Positions 7,886 through 17,800 of a stretch of DNA of 64,000 nucleotides are shown here, one piece after another; position 1 is the stretch's first letter, and every line of letters begins with the position of its first letter. The notes beneath the pieces are model-generated. The model was not told where the DNA came from, did no database searches, and saw only the letters and a list, made by a program, of their open reading frames with translations. Origin of the DNA: Armatimonadota bacterium. GTDB taxonomy: Bacteria; Armatimonadota; SYMT01. The DNA lies in assembly GCA_041690135.1 (NCBI GenBank), contig JAWLHY010000002.1, positions 784,342 through 848,341 on the forward strand, in the 5' to 3' direction. The position numbers and the translations under genes were made by a program.

Positions 7886-8419
7886 ATGATCCTGGCGAGT
7901 CTTGCGATCTCGCCGGTGGCGGCCCGGAAACTGTCCGCGCCGTCGGAGGGGCCGGAGGCGAAGCTGGCCGCGGCCATCAAGGCGGCGCGATCCCATGTGG
8001 ACTTCAGCCGGCCCGCGATCCTGATCGCCAGGAAGGACGCGGAGGGCACGGTCCGCGTGGAGATCCACCGACCCACCTCGCGCCTGGTGGGAGAAGGAGG
8101 TCGTAGGCCGTCGCGGAAGGTGCTGACGGTGGAATTTGCCGGCAGCCGGTACTCGGTGAAACCCGAGTCGGGCGAGGATGACGTCCCGAGCCAGGAGGTC
8201 GCCGCGAAAGAGACGGCTCGCAAAGCCGGGGCCGCGGCTGCGGCGGTGAGTCACCTGCAGGCGAAGGGTTGGCTCGGGTCGGAGATCGAGGTCTCCGTCG
8301 CTCCGGACGGGAAGGGATATTCTGTCCTCGTCTGGCGGATCCCGTACACGCCTGGCGGTCACTCGATCACGCTGGTAGACCCGGATCTCGCGGTCCGCAG
8401 GGTCGTTCCGGGTCGGTGA
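7886..8419 (+). CDS. Hypothetical exported protein
   Basis: ATG just after upstream stop; signal-like N-terminus; GC3-rich codons. Confidence 0.55.
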   Translation: MILASLAISPVAARKLSAPSEGPEAKLAAAIKAARSHVDFSRPAILIARKDAEGTVRVEIHRPTSRLVGEGGRRPSRKVLTVEFAGSRYSVKPESGEDDVPSQEVAAKETARKAGAAAAAVSHLQAKGWLGSEIEVSVAPDGKGYSVLVWRIPYTPGGHSITLVDPDLAVRRVVPGR

Positions 8420-8502
8420 TCCCCCTTTTCCGCAGTGGTCCTGGAAAGCGAAAAGACCAACTTAACGGGGCTGGCCTCTCACGATGAAAGGGATAAGCAC
8501 CA

Positions 8503-9375
8503 ATGCCCGACAAGCGCTGCATGCCCGAAGACTGGGACGATCACGCAGGATGGGAAGGTTACTACGCCGGTGTGGCTGAGGCGGCCGCACGCATCGACGA
8601 TCCCCTCCCGTTCGGGTATTCGGCGGCAATACGCTTTACCCCATGGTTGGCGGAGCGCGGGTATCGGAAGGTTTGGTTTCCCGGCTGCGGCTTGGACGGC
8701 AGCCCTCGCGTATATGCCTCGCTCGGATGCGAAGTTTGGGCGACCGACGTCTCGCCGTCTGCCGTTGCGTACCAGCGGATGCTGGCGGCCCGTTGCCACG
8801 TGGCACTGGGCGAGAGAGTAATGGAAGGCGTCCGCCAGTACCTGCCGGACCTTCAGGAGTGGCGTCCCGGCATGCTGCATGCGCTGGTGCACGACTTCCG
8901 GCAGCCGTTCCCCCAGTGCGAAGTCGATTGTATCCTGAACATCCGCTCGTACCAGGCGCTGCCGCCGAACAGCATGAAGCAAGCCGCGCAGGTCTTCTTC
9001 GCGACACTTCGACCTGGTGGCCAAGCGTTCTTCGACACGCAGAACGTTCAGGGCGAACGCCGCGACAGGCTAGAAGATGCACTTCTTGACGCGGGTTTCA
9101 CACTACCCGGCATCGAGTCAGAGAGATGGTTCCGCCATACAGTAGCGGAGGCCGATATCCCACACAACTTCGTCTTGGGTCGACCTTGGGTCCTTCGGCA
9201 AGATGCCCGCTACCACGGCACGAAGGGTGCAGCCCGCCTGAAGGCCGATGAGGAACTGCTCCATACCTTTGTCGAGGAGTTCAAGCGTCGTGTAGAGGCC
9301 CATGCGACGGAGGTGGAGCGATTGTGGAACAACCCCGACATACGGATCGCCCAGGTTGTCTACAACACGGGGTAA
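8503..9375 (+). CDS. Class I SAM-dependent methyltransferase
   Basis: Motif I VWFPGCGLDG, VWATDVSPSAV, LRPGG post-motif (TPMT-like). Confidence 0.75.
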   Translation: MPDKRCMPEDWDDHAGWEGYYAGVAEAAARIDDPLPFGYSAAIRFTPWLAERGYRKVWFPGCGLDGSPRVYASLGCEVWATDVSPSAVAYQRMLAARCHVALGERVMEGVRQYLPDLQEWRPGMLHALVHDFRQPFPQCEVDCILNIRSYQALPPNSMKQAAQVFFATLRPGGQAFFDTQNVQGERRDRLEDALLDAGFTLPGIESERWFRHTVAEADIPHNFVLGRPWVLRQDARYHGTKGAARLKADEELLHTFVEEFKRRVEAHATEVERLWNNPDIRIAQVVYNTG

Positions 9376-9597
9376 CGCCACAGCCGTGCAACGGCATCTC
9401 TGTTCGCTCAAGGCACGATCAAGCGACCGACGTTCAGCGGCTCTGGTCGCGGCCGGTCAGTCTCTGGGGACTCACAACAGATGATGAGCGGCAGACACTT
9501 CTCGCAAGCGTCCAGCGGCGGATGGAGATAATGGAGAAAGACCGGGCGCATCGTTCCCGGCCGGTGATCCCGCATCACCGGGATAGGCTCCGAAATC

Positions 9598-9625
9598 AAA
9601 AAGGCCAGCCCGGAAGGGCTGGCCT
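9598..9625 (-). terminator. Intrinsic terminator after tRNA-fMet copy 2
   Basis: AGGCCAGCCC-GGAA-GGGCTGGCCT hairpin with T-tract on the minus strand. Confidence 0.8.
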
Positions 9626-9631
9626 CTCATT

Positions 9632-9708
<77 letters not shown>

Positions 9709-9744
9709 TCATCTCCTCGGTGGGTTGCCCCTTCCGACTTCGAG

Positions 9745-9773
9745 AGTATAGCAGTCCGCCCGGATCCGGTCAA
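9745..9773 (-). promoter_or_regulatory. Sigma70-type promoter of tRNA-fMet copy 2
   Basis: TTGACC-17 bp-TATACT with extended -10 TG. Confidence 0.8.
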
Positions 9774-10055
9774 TACCTAAAATCCCACCATTCTCATCGC
9801 ACCGGAACCCTGTGCCTCGCTCAGGGGTCTATCCGTAGGCGCCTTCCCTGGATGTGCGGTGAGTCACTTCGGTGATTGCTTTTCCGCTCCGGCGTAGCTA
9901 TGAGAAACTGTTGGGCGGCGGCAACCCGCCGTTGGTTTCCTCCTCCGGCGAGGGTAGAATAGGCCGGCCCCCTCCGTTGGGGTGCGCCCCCATCCATTTC
10001 GGAATCCAATCCGTTCGCCTGGCCATCTTCGTCCATGGCTGGAAATGAGCAAACG

Positions 10056-12503
10056 ATGAGTCATAAGCGTTTTCGTCGTACCCTGGGCCTGTCGGCCGCG
10101 GCCCTCGTGGCGACCGCGGGAGCCGGTTGGGCTGCCATCGAAGTCGATGTGAACGGCAAGCCGGTGCAGTTCGGCGCCGTGCAGCCCGCGCGCCTCAGCG
10201 GACGCGTCTTCATTCCTCTCCGCGCGGTAGTGGAGTCGTTGGGCGCGGACATCAAGTGGGATGCCCCCACCCAGACGGTCCGCGGCAGCAAGGGCGAGCG
10301 AGAGTTCAGCCTGCAGATCGGCTCGCGCGACGCTACCGTCAACGGCAGCCCGGTGAAGCTGGACGTGCCTGCGCAGCTCATCTCGGGCACCACCATGGTC
10401 CCCCTCCGGTTCGTGGCGGAGGCCTTGGGCGCGGAAGTCGAGTGGAATGCCGCGGCCCAGCGGGTCGCCATCCAGTCCGCCGAGGAAATGCCGCAGACGG
10501 CCATCGGCCGGGTGGAGGGGGACGTGGTCGCGGTCCGCGCCGAGGGCCGGCCGCCCACGATCACGGTGCGGGCGAACGGCGTCCGCAGCACCTACGAAAT
10601 CACGCGCGACACGATCATCCTGCGCGGTCCGGAAGGGGAGCGGGGTCGCCAGGCCGGGCTGGATGAGATCGAGGTCGGCGAGAAGGTGCGCCTCCGCGTT
10701 GCACCCGAAGGCGGAACCGTGGAAGTGGTGGAGGCGTTCACCCTGGAGGCGCCGCGCCCGGGACAGGAGAAGCAAGTCACCGGCGAGGTCGTGGCGATTC
10801 GGATGCAGGGGAACTCCCGCACGGTCACCCTCAAGACGCCCACCGGACGCGTGCTGTACGTGGTCCCGAATGATACCGTGATCTCTCGCATCATCGGGAA
10901 TGCGCGGCCGATCCGCGGCGCGTTCGACGACCTGCGGGTGGGGGACCAGGTCTCTGTGGTGCCGGATGCCCGCGGTGAAGCGCTCCGCTCGCTGGAAGTT
11001 CGGGTCGAGGATGCGCCCGTCGACAACACCCGCGTTACGGGCGAGGTGGTGGCGATCCGGCCGGACTCACGCCCGCCCACCGTTACGGTGCGCAGCGGCA
11101 ATAACCGGGTGCGGTACGACGTGGCCGAGGATGCGGTCATCTTCCGGAAGGTCGGCCAGGGGCGCGCCGTGCGGGCGCGGCTGGATGAGCTCCAGACCGG
11201 GGATGAGGTCAATCTGCGCCTGGACCCGAAGGGGGAAGTGGCCCGGGTAATCGACGCCACCGGCGAGGATGCCACGGCTCCGCTGCCGGAGCCGGCGAAG
11301 GATCTCCGGATCAGCTCGTTCACCCACACCGGCAAGGGAAGCCTGGCCGGGGGCAGCCGCCTGGAAGTGACGCTGGTCGGCACGCCCGGCGGTATGGCCT
11401 TCGTCGATATCGGGAGCGTGGCGAAGAACGTGCCGCTGCAGGAAGACCGCCAGCGGCCCGGCCGCTACGTCGGCGCCTTCACCGTGCCGAAGGGGGTGAC
11501 GGCGAAGGACGTGGCGATCATCGGTCAGCTCAAGTCCGGCACCCGGACCGCGCCGCTGGTCCAGTCCGCCGCCGTCATCGACATCGATTCCGAAGCGCCG
11601 AAAATCTCGGACGTGGCGCCGGACGACAAGGGGCAGACCACCAACCCGACGCCCGACATCTATGCGGAGATCAGCGACGCGGCCGGATCCGGTATCGATG
11701 AGGAGTCGATCAAGGTGACCGTGCGCGGGCAGGACGTCACCCGGATGGTCAAGGTCACGCCGCGGTTCCTGCTCTATACCCCTTCGAAGGCGCTCACACC
11801 CGGAGCCGTGCCGGTAACCATCAGCGTGCGCGATCGGGCCGGCAACGAGACCCAGTCCACCTGGACGTTCAACGTCCGCCCCACTTCCGATGCCGTCCAG
11901 TCGGTGACCCACAACGCGACGGAGCCCCTGAAGGTAGGTGACGTGCTCACCGTTACCGTGAAGGCGCAGCCGCGCAGCCGGGCCACCTTCAGCGTGGGCG
12001 AACTGGTGAAGGGCCGGGAACTGCGGGAAACGTCTTCCGGTACCTTCGTGGGTCGCTACATCGTCCAGGAAGGTGACGAAGTGGTGAAGGCGCCCGTGAC
12101 GGTGGAAGTCGTCACCCCGGACGGCGATCGGGTGAAGCAAGAAGGGACCGCTCCGGTCAACATTCTCACCCGCGATCCCGAGGTGCCGAAGATCCTGACT
12201 CCCGATCCGGAGATGCCGCTCCGCCTGGACAACGAGTTGATCGTGAGCGGCCGCGGCACGCCGGGCAGCAAGATCGTGGTGGAGGTCACCTACGTCGGCA
12301 AGGCCTTCGGCGCCCTGCCGGTCAAGGGGACCTTCGGCTCGCAGGAAGTGACCGTCGACAAGAACGGCCGCTGGGAAACCGAGCCGTTCGCGGTGCGCCT
12401 CTCCCTCGGCGTCCGCCGCCCGGACCTCACGATCCGCGCCGTCACCATCGACGCCGCCGGCCGCGAGTCCAAACCCGAGGAGCTCAACCTCCAGACCCGT
12501 TAG
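10056..12503 (+). CDS. Secreted copper amine oxidase N-terminal (stalk) domain protein with three OB-like repeats and Ig-like domains
   Basis: Signal peptide; GRVFIPLRAVVESLGADIKWD and GTTMVPLRFVAEALGAEVEW motifs; repeated V(T/E)G(E/D)VVA units. Confidence 0.8.
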   Translation: MSHKRFRRTLGLSAAALVATAGAGWAAIEVDVNGKPVQFGAVQPARLSGRVFIPLRAVVESLGADIKWDAPTQTVRGSKGEREFSLQIGSRDATVNGSPVKLDVPAQLISGTTMVPLRFVAEALGAEVEWNAAAQRVAIQSAEEMPQTAIGRVEGDVVAVRAEGRPPTITVRANGVRSTYEITRDTIILRGPEGERGRQAGLDEIEVGEKVRLRVAPEGGTVEVVEAFTLEAPRPGQEKQVTGEVVAIRMQGNSRTVTLKTPTGRVLYVVPNDTVISRIIGNARPIRGAFDDLRVGDQVSVVPDARGEALRSLEVRVEDAPVDNTRVTGEVVAIRPDSRPPTVTVRSGNNRVRYDVAEDAVIFRKVGQGRAVRARLDELQTGDEVNLRLDPKGEVARVIDATGEDATAPLPEPAKDLRISSFTHTGKGSLAGGSRLEVTLVGTPGGMAFVDIGSVAKNVPLQEDRQRPGRYVGAFTVPKGVTAKDVAIIGQLKSGTRTAPLVQSAAVIDIDSEAPKISDVAPDDKGQTTNPTPDIYAEISDAAGSGIDEESIKVTVRGQDVTRMVKVTPRFLLYTPSKALTPGAVPVTISVRDRAGNETQSTWTFNVRPTSDAVQSVTHNATEPLKVGDVLTVTVKAQPRSRATFSVGELVKGRELRETSSGTFVGRYIVQEGDEVVKAPVTVEVVTPDGDRVKQEGTAPVNILTRDPEVPKILTPDPEMPLRLDNELIVSGRGTPGSKIVVEVTYVGKAFGALPVKGTFGSQEVTVDKNGRWETEPFAVRLSLGVRRPDLTIRAVTIDAAGRESKPEELNLQTR

Positions 12504-12543
12504 TCTCCGAAGCCGGTCTCCCGCCAAGCCGCGGAAGGTAAGG

Positions 12544-12754
12544 TCTCGCGCCAAGCCGCGAAGCCGCAAAGAAAGCGGGAAGAGAGGAACAAGATAGACA
12601 GGATGGAAAGGATGAAGCCGGCATCCGTGTCCGAGTGACGCACTTCTCGTTCGCTGGGTCGGTGTCATAAGTATGAGGGGAACGAGCAAGGCTATGGATC
12701 ATAGTCTCGCCCGTTCCCCTCTTCTTCTTTGCGTCTTGGCGGCTTGGCGCGAGA
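12544..12754. repeat. Inverted repeat pair of 9-nt periodic arms
   Basis: TCTCGCGCCAAGCCGCGAAGCCGCAAAGA versus reverse complement of TCTTTGCGTCTTGGCGGCTTGGCGCGAGA (27/29). Confidence 0.75.
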
Positions 12755-12769
12755 CACCCCGGAGCGGCT

Positions 12770-13903
12770 TTACCCGCGGAGGCGGGCCACCACCCGCTCG
12801 AGGGTGTCGACGACGGTATCGATCTCGGCCTCCGTGGTGCCGCGGCCGAGGGAGAGGCGGATGGCGCTCATCAGGCGGGCGTGGGGGAGGCCCAGGGCCT
12901 TCAACACGTGCGAGGGCTCGATCGCCCCGGCCATGCAGGCGGAGCCGGAGGAGGCGCCGATCCCTTCCAGGTCCAGGTTGAGCAGCAGCAGGTCGCTCTC
13001 CGCGCCGGGGAGGGAGAAGTGGGCGTTGTTCGGCAGTCGCTCGTGGCGGGGTCCGTTCAGGGATGCCTCGGGGATCCGCGCCAGCACCTGGTCGATCAGG
13101 CGATCCCGCAGGGCGGTGATCCGTGTGGACGTTTCCGCCAATTCCGCGACCGCCAGTTCCAGGGCCGTGGCTAGTCCCACGGCGCCGGCGACATTCTCGG
13201 TCCCCGGCCGCCGGCCGCGTTCCTGGCCGCCGCCGTGCAGCAGCGGCTTGAACCGCGCGCCGCGCCGGGCGTACAGCAGACCGGTGCCCTTGGGCCCGTA
13301 GAACTTGTGCGCGGTCAGCACCAGGAAATCCGCGTTCATCTCCGCCACCCTCAGCGGCAGGGCTCCGGCCCACTGGACGGCGTCGGTGTGGAACAGCACC
13401 TCTCGCTCCCGGCACACGGCGCCGATCTCGGAGACGGGGTAAAGCGTCCCGATCTCGTTATTGGCCGCCATTACGGACACCAGGAACGTATGAGGCGTGA
13501 TCGCGTTCCTCACATCGTCCGGGGAAACCCGTCCCTGCGAGTCCACCGGCAGCACCGTCACGTCGGCGCCCAGTTCCCGGAGCCACTCGGCGGTGTGCAG
13601 CACGGCGTGGTGTTCTGCGGCGGTGGTAATCAGGTGGTTCTTGCGGCCTTTCTGCTGCATGAAGGCACCGATCAGCGCGAGGTTATCCGCCTCCGTGCCG
13701 CCGCCGGTGAAGAGGATCTCTTCCGAGCGGGCCCCCAGCAGGCGCGCGACGCGGTCGCGGGCGCCGTCCAGCGCGGCTCGCGCGGCCTGCCCGGCGGCGT
13801 GGACGCTGGAGGGGTTGCCGAAGATTTCGGTGAAGTAGGGCTGCATCGCCTCCGCCACTTCCGGGCGGCAGGGCGTGGTCGCGGCATGGTCGAGGTAGAT
13901 CAC
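12770..13903 (-). CDS. iscS: Cysteine desulfurase (IscS/NifS type)
   Basis: IYLDHAATT, GNPSS, HTDAVQ, TAHKFYGPKG (PLP Lys), SSGSAC (catalytic Cys). Confidence 0.93.
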   Translation of the reverse strand: MIYLDHAATTPCRPEVAEAMQPYFTEIFGNPSSVHAAGQAARAALDGARDRVARLLGARSEEILFTGGGTEADNLALIGAFMQQKGRKNHLITTAAEHHAVLHTAEWLRELGADVTVLPVDSQGRVSPDDVRNAITPHTFLVSVMAANNEIGTLYPVSEIGAVCREREVLFHTDAVQWAGALPLRVAEMNADFLVLTAHKFYGPKGTGLLYARRGARFKPLLHGGGQERGRRPGTENVAGAVGLATALELAVAELAETSTRITALRDRLIDQVLARIPEASLNGPRHERLPNNAHFSLPGAESDLLLLNLDLEGIGASSGSACMAGAIEPSHVLKALGLPHARLMSAIRLSLGRGTTEAEIDTVVDTLERVVARLRG

Positions 13904-14754
13904 GGCTTCAGCATCTCGTTCATGCTCCCGCTGCGGAAGCCCTGGAGGTCGAGGGTCACGAACGGGTAACCGGCCTGCTTGATCCCTTCGACCACGCGGT
14001 CCAGGACTCCCTCCGCCAGGAGCGAGGGGAAAGCGTCACGCGGGATCTCGATCCGCGCGACGGTGTCGTGGTGGCGCACCCGGAACTGCTCGAACCCGGC
14101 GGCGCGCAGCACGTTCTCCGCCGCTTCGATCTTCGCCAGGGTTTCGGGCGTCACCGGGGTGCCGTAGGGAACGCGGGAGGAGAGGCACGCCATGGCAGGC
14201 TTGTTCCAGTTCGGGAGGCCCATGGCCCGGGCGATCTCGCGGATCTCCGGCTTCGCCAGCCCCGCCTCGTAAAGCGGGCTGCGCACCTCCCGCTCCCGCG
14301 CTGCCTGGTGACCGGGGCGCCAGTCCGACATGTCATCCACGTTCGCCCCGTAAGCGATCTCGGCATAACCTTCCGCGGCGGCGATCGCCTTCAGGTGGGT
14401 GAACAACTCCGCCTTGCAGAAGTAGCAGCGGCGGCCGTCGTTCTTCTGGTATTCCGGGTTGTCGATCTCGCTGGTCTCCACAATCCGCAGGTTCCAGCCC
14501 CGCGCGCGGGCCAACTCCACGGCCAGGTCCAGCTCCGCCTTCGGATAGCTCTCGCTCTGGGCGATCACCATCAGCGCCCGCTCCCCCAGCGCCTCATGGG
14601 CCGCCGCGGCCACCAGCGTGCTGTCAATCCCCCCCGAAAACCCCACCACCACGCTGCCCATCTCCCGCAGGATCTCGAGTAGCCGTTCTTGCTTCCGCTT
14701 CACTTCGGCCGGGTCGAGGACGGGTTTGGTGTCAAGGGTGAGGAGGGGTGTCAT
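13900..14754 (-). CDS. larE: ATP-dependent sulfur transferase LarE
   Basis: PP-loop FSGGIDS, RCYFCK, RPG..AA, KPAMACLSSRVPYG, RVRHH, DLQGFRSGSMN. Confidence 0.9.
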   Translation of the reverse strand: MTPLLTLDTKPVLDPAEVKRKQERLLEILREMGSVVVGFSGGIDSTLVAAAAHEALGERALMVIAQSESYPKAELDLAVELARARGWNLRIVETSEIDNPEYQKNDGRRCYFCKAELFTHLKAIAAAEGYAEIAYGANVDDMSDWRPGHQAAREREVRSPLYEAGLAKPEIREIARAMGLPNWNKPAMACLSSRVPYGTPVTPETLAKIEAAENVLRAAGFEQFRVRHHDTVARIEIPRDAFPSLLAEGVLDRVVEGIKQAGYPFVTLDLQGFRSGSMNEMLKP

Positions 14755-14897
14755 AGGTGCTGTTACGAACTGCGTATTGTGTGTCGCGACGTCCGGGTAC
14801 TGGAGTAGACTCCGCGAGATTATACCCTCCGGTCCAGAAGCGAGACAAACGTAGGCAGGAGCTTTCACGGAGTAGAGCCTTCAGGGAGAAGTTAGCG

Positions 14898-17800
14898 ATG
14901 CAGGTCGATTCCTCGGCGCTGGCGGAGATGCGGGGGCTGTATGAGCAGGGGCTTTGCCTGCAGGCGTATACCGTCACCCAGCGGTTCGGGCCGTTTCAGG
15001 AGTGGGAGGGTGCGGATGCCCAGGCTCTCGCCGGGCGTCTCGCAGCAAACCTGGGCGCGCCCCGGCTGCAGCAGTGGCTGCACCTGAAGGCCTGGCGCAG
15101 CGACCGGGGGCATTTCGAGGCACGTTATTACCTCACGCGCACGGCCCTGGAGCGCCGTGGCCCTCTGGGCGCCTGGAAGCTGCTGCGGCGGTTCGGCGAC
15201 CTCTCCGGCGCGTCTCCCCAGTTGCGCTCCGACTGGCTCGCCTTCGCCGGCTATGTGGCGGGCCGCCTGCGCGACTTCGACACCGCGGAGTACTGGCACG
15301 GCCAGGCGCTGGCTCTCTGCCCGGAGAACCCCTGGATCTACGTGGAGCGCGCCTCGCTGCTGGAGGCGCAGGACCGTTACGACGAGGCTCTCGCCTCCGC
15401 CCGGCGCGCCCTGGAGCTGCGTCCCTGGTACCGGCCGGGGGTCCAATCTCTCGCCCACCTGCTGCAGTTGCGGGAGCGAGACCAGGAAGCCCTGGAACTG
15501 CTGACGGAGGCCTCCCGGCGGGTGGAGAGCGGTCCGCTGGTGGCGCAGTTGGTGCTCCTGCAGTCGGAGCTGGGTCTCTATCGAGAGGCCTGGGACACGC
15601 TCGACCGGTTCGTCGAGTTGTGCCCGCTGATGGAGAAGGAGTTCCAGCAGTGGCTGGGCAGCCAGCGGTCGGAGCTGGCCTACCTCCTGGGGGATCACGA
15701 AACCGCCATCCGGGAGGCCGAGGCCCTGGCGGAGGTGAGCCCCTTTCACAAAGAGGTCGCGCAGCGGATGGCCGCTACCGGTCCGGATGATCGCCGGGTG
15801 CTGCACCCCGTCGGGTTCGTGCGGCAGCACCACATGACCTGCGCGCCCGCCACGCTCTCCGCGCTGAGCCGGTTCTGGGATCGCAGCGCCGACCACCTGG
15901 CCCTGGTGGAGGAGATCTGCTACGACGGCACTCCCGCTCACAGCGAGCGCTCCTGGGCGGAGAACAACGGCTGGATCGCGCGGGAGTTCCGGGTGACCTG
16001 GGAGAGCGCGAAGGCTCTCCTGGACCGCGGCGCGCCGTTCACCTTGACCACGGTCCAGACCGCCAACGCGCACCTGCAGGCCTGCGTGGGCTATGACGCC
16101 CGGCGGGGGACCTTCCTGATTCGCGATCCCTATATGCGGGAAGTGGGCGAGTTCCTGGTCGACAACCTCCTGGAACAGCACCGCTCCTCCGGCCCGCGCG
16201 GCATGACGCTGGTGCCCCAGGAGCAGGCGCACCTTCTGGAGGGAATCGAGCTTCCGGATGCCGAGCAGTACAACCACTTCCATCGCCTTCAGGCGGCCCT
16301 GCAGAAGCACGACCGCGCCACCGCGCATGCTTCTTTTGAAGCGCTGCGCGCCCTCGATCCGGAGCACCTCCTCACCCTGCAGGCGGAGCGGTCCCTGGCA
16401 GCCTACGATGCCAATTCCGTGGAGCTCCTGGCGTGTATGGAGAAGCTGGTCGCGAGCTATCCGGAAGACCAGAACTTCCAGCTTTGCCGGTTGAGCCTCA
16501 TGCGCGAGCACGCTACCCGGGAGGAGCGGCTCCAGGCCTTGAAGGAGATCTGCGACCGCGAGGAGAGCGATCCGCACTTCTGGCAGCAGTACGCCCAGGA
16601 GTTGGGGCTGGATGCTCGCCAGCAGGAGGAGGCGATCCGCCTGCTCCGCCGGGCCCTCCGGTACCGTCCGCTGGATGCCTCCGTCTACTTCATCCTGGCC
16701 AACACCCTCTGGGACCAGCGCAAGTGGGACGAGGCGCTGGAGCTGTACCGGTTCGCGGCCTGCCTGGACGATAAGGACGAGCAGTTCTCCCGCGGCTACT
16801 TCAACGCGGCGCGCCACCTCAACCGGGTTCAGCACGCCCTCCAGTTCCTGGAGGGTCGCTACAAACGGTTCGGGGCTCGCTCCGGTCACCCCACGCGGAC
16901 GCTGTTCTGGGCCCTCACCGAGCTGGACCACACGCCGCGTGCGTTCGAGATCCTGGAAGAGGCGCTGCGAGCCCGCCCGAACGACGACGAGCTGATTCTC
17001 TTTGCCGTGGAAGCCTACGGTCGTCACGGCCGGTACGATCGCGCCCAGCAACTCCTGTCGGCGGCCCACGGGAAAACGTCCGAAATGGCCTGGCTGCGCA
17101 GCGCCGGCGGCCTGGCGCTCCTCAAGGGGGATCATCCGGTCGCGCTCAGCCTGTGGCGGCAGGTTCTGGAGCGAGATCCGCTGGCGATCGAAGCGCATCG
17201 CAACGTGGCCCGCCTGCTGGCGCAGATGGAGGGGCCGGAGGCCGCGAAGCGCCACTACGCCGCGGTCACCCAGCGTTTTCCGCACAACTACCTGCTCTTC
17301 CAGGCGTGGGAGGAGTGGCTGCGGGACGACGATCCGGTCGGAGCGGAGGCGTTGCTGCGCCAGGTCTTGCGCATCAACCCCGCCGATGCCTGGTCGCATC
17401 GCGAGCTGGCGCTCGCGCTGGCCGAGCAGCGCCGGTTCGATGAAGCGATGGCGGCCGCTCGTGACGCCTACCAGCTCGCCCCGTCGGAGCCGGCCTGTTA
17501 CGCCGTCCTCGGTGAGATCTGCCTGAAACAGGGGCAGTCCGAGCGGGCGCGGTCCGCCCACCGGGAAGCGCTGCGCCTCTCCGTGGACAACGGCTACGCC
17601 ATTGCCCGGCTGATCGAGTGCTGCGACAACCCGGCCGAGCAGCGGGCGGAGCTGCAGTTTATCGAAGGAGAGTTGACCCGCCAGGCGCTGTTCGGGGAGG
17701 GGCTCGTTGCCTACCGCCATGTCGCGCGGGACGTGCTGACTCCGGATGAGTTGCTGGCTTCCGTCTGGCGCGCGCTCCAGTCCCGGCCCGACGTGTGGCA

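Noticed and set aside
6842-9631. Integrative element at tRNA-Met
   Set aside because: Both tRNAs are full length with their own promoters; no integrase or partial att duplication
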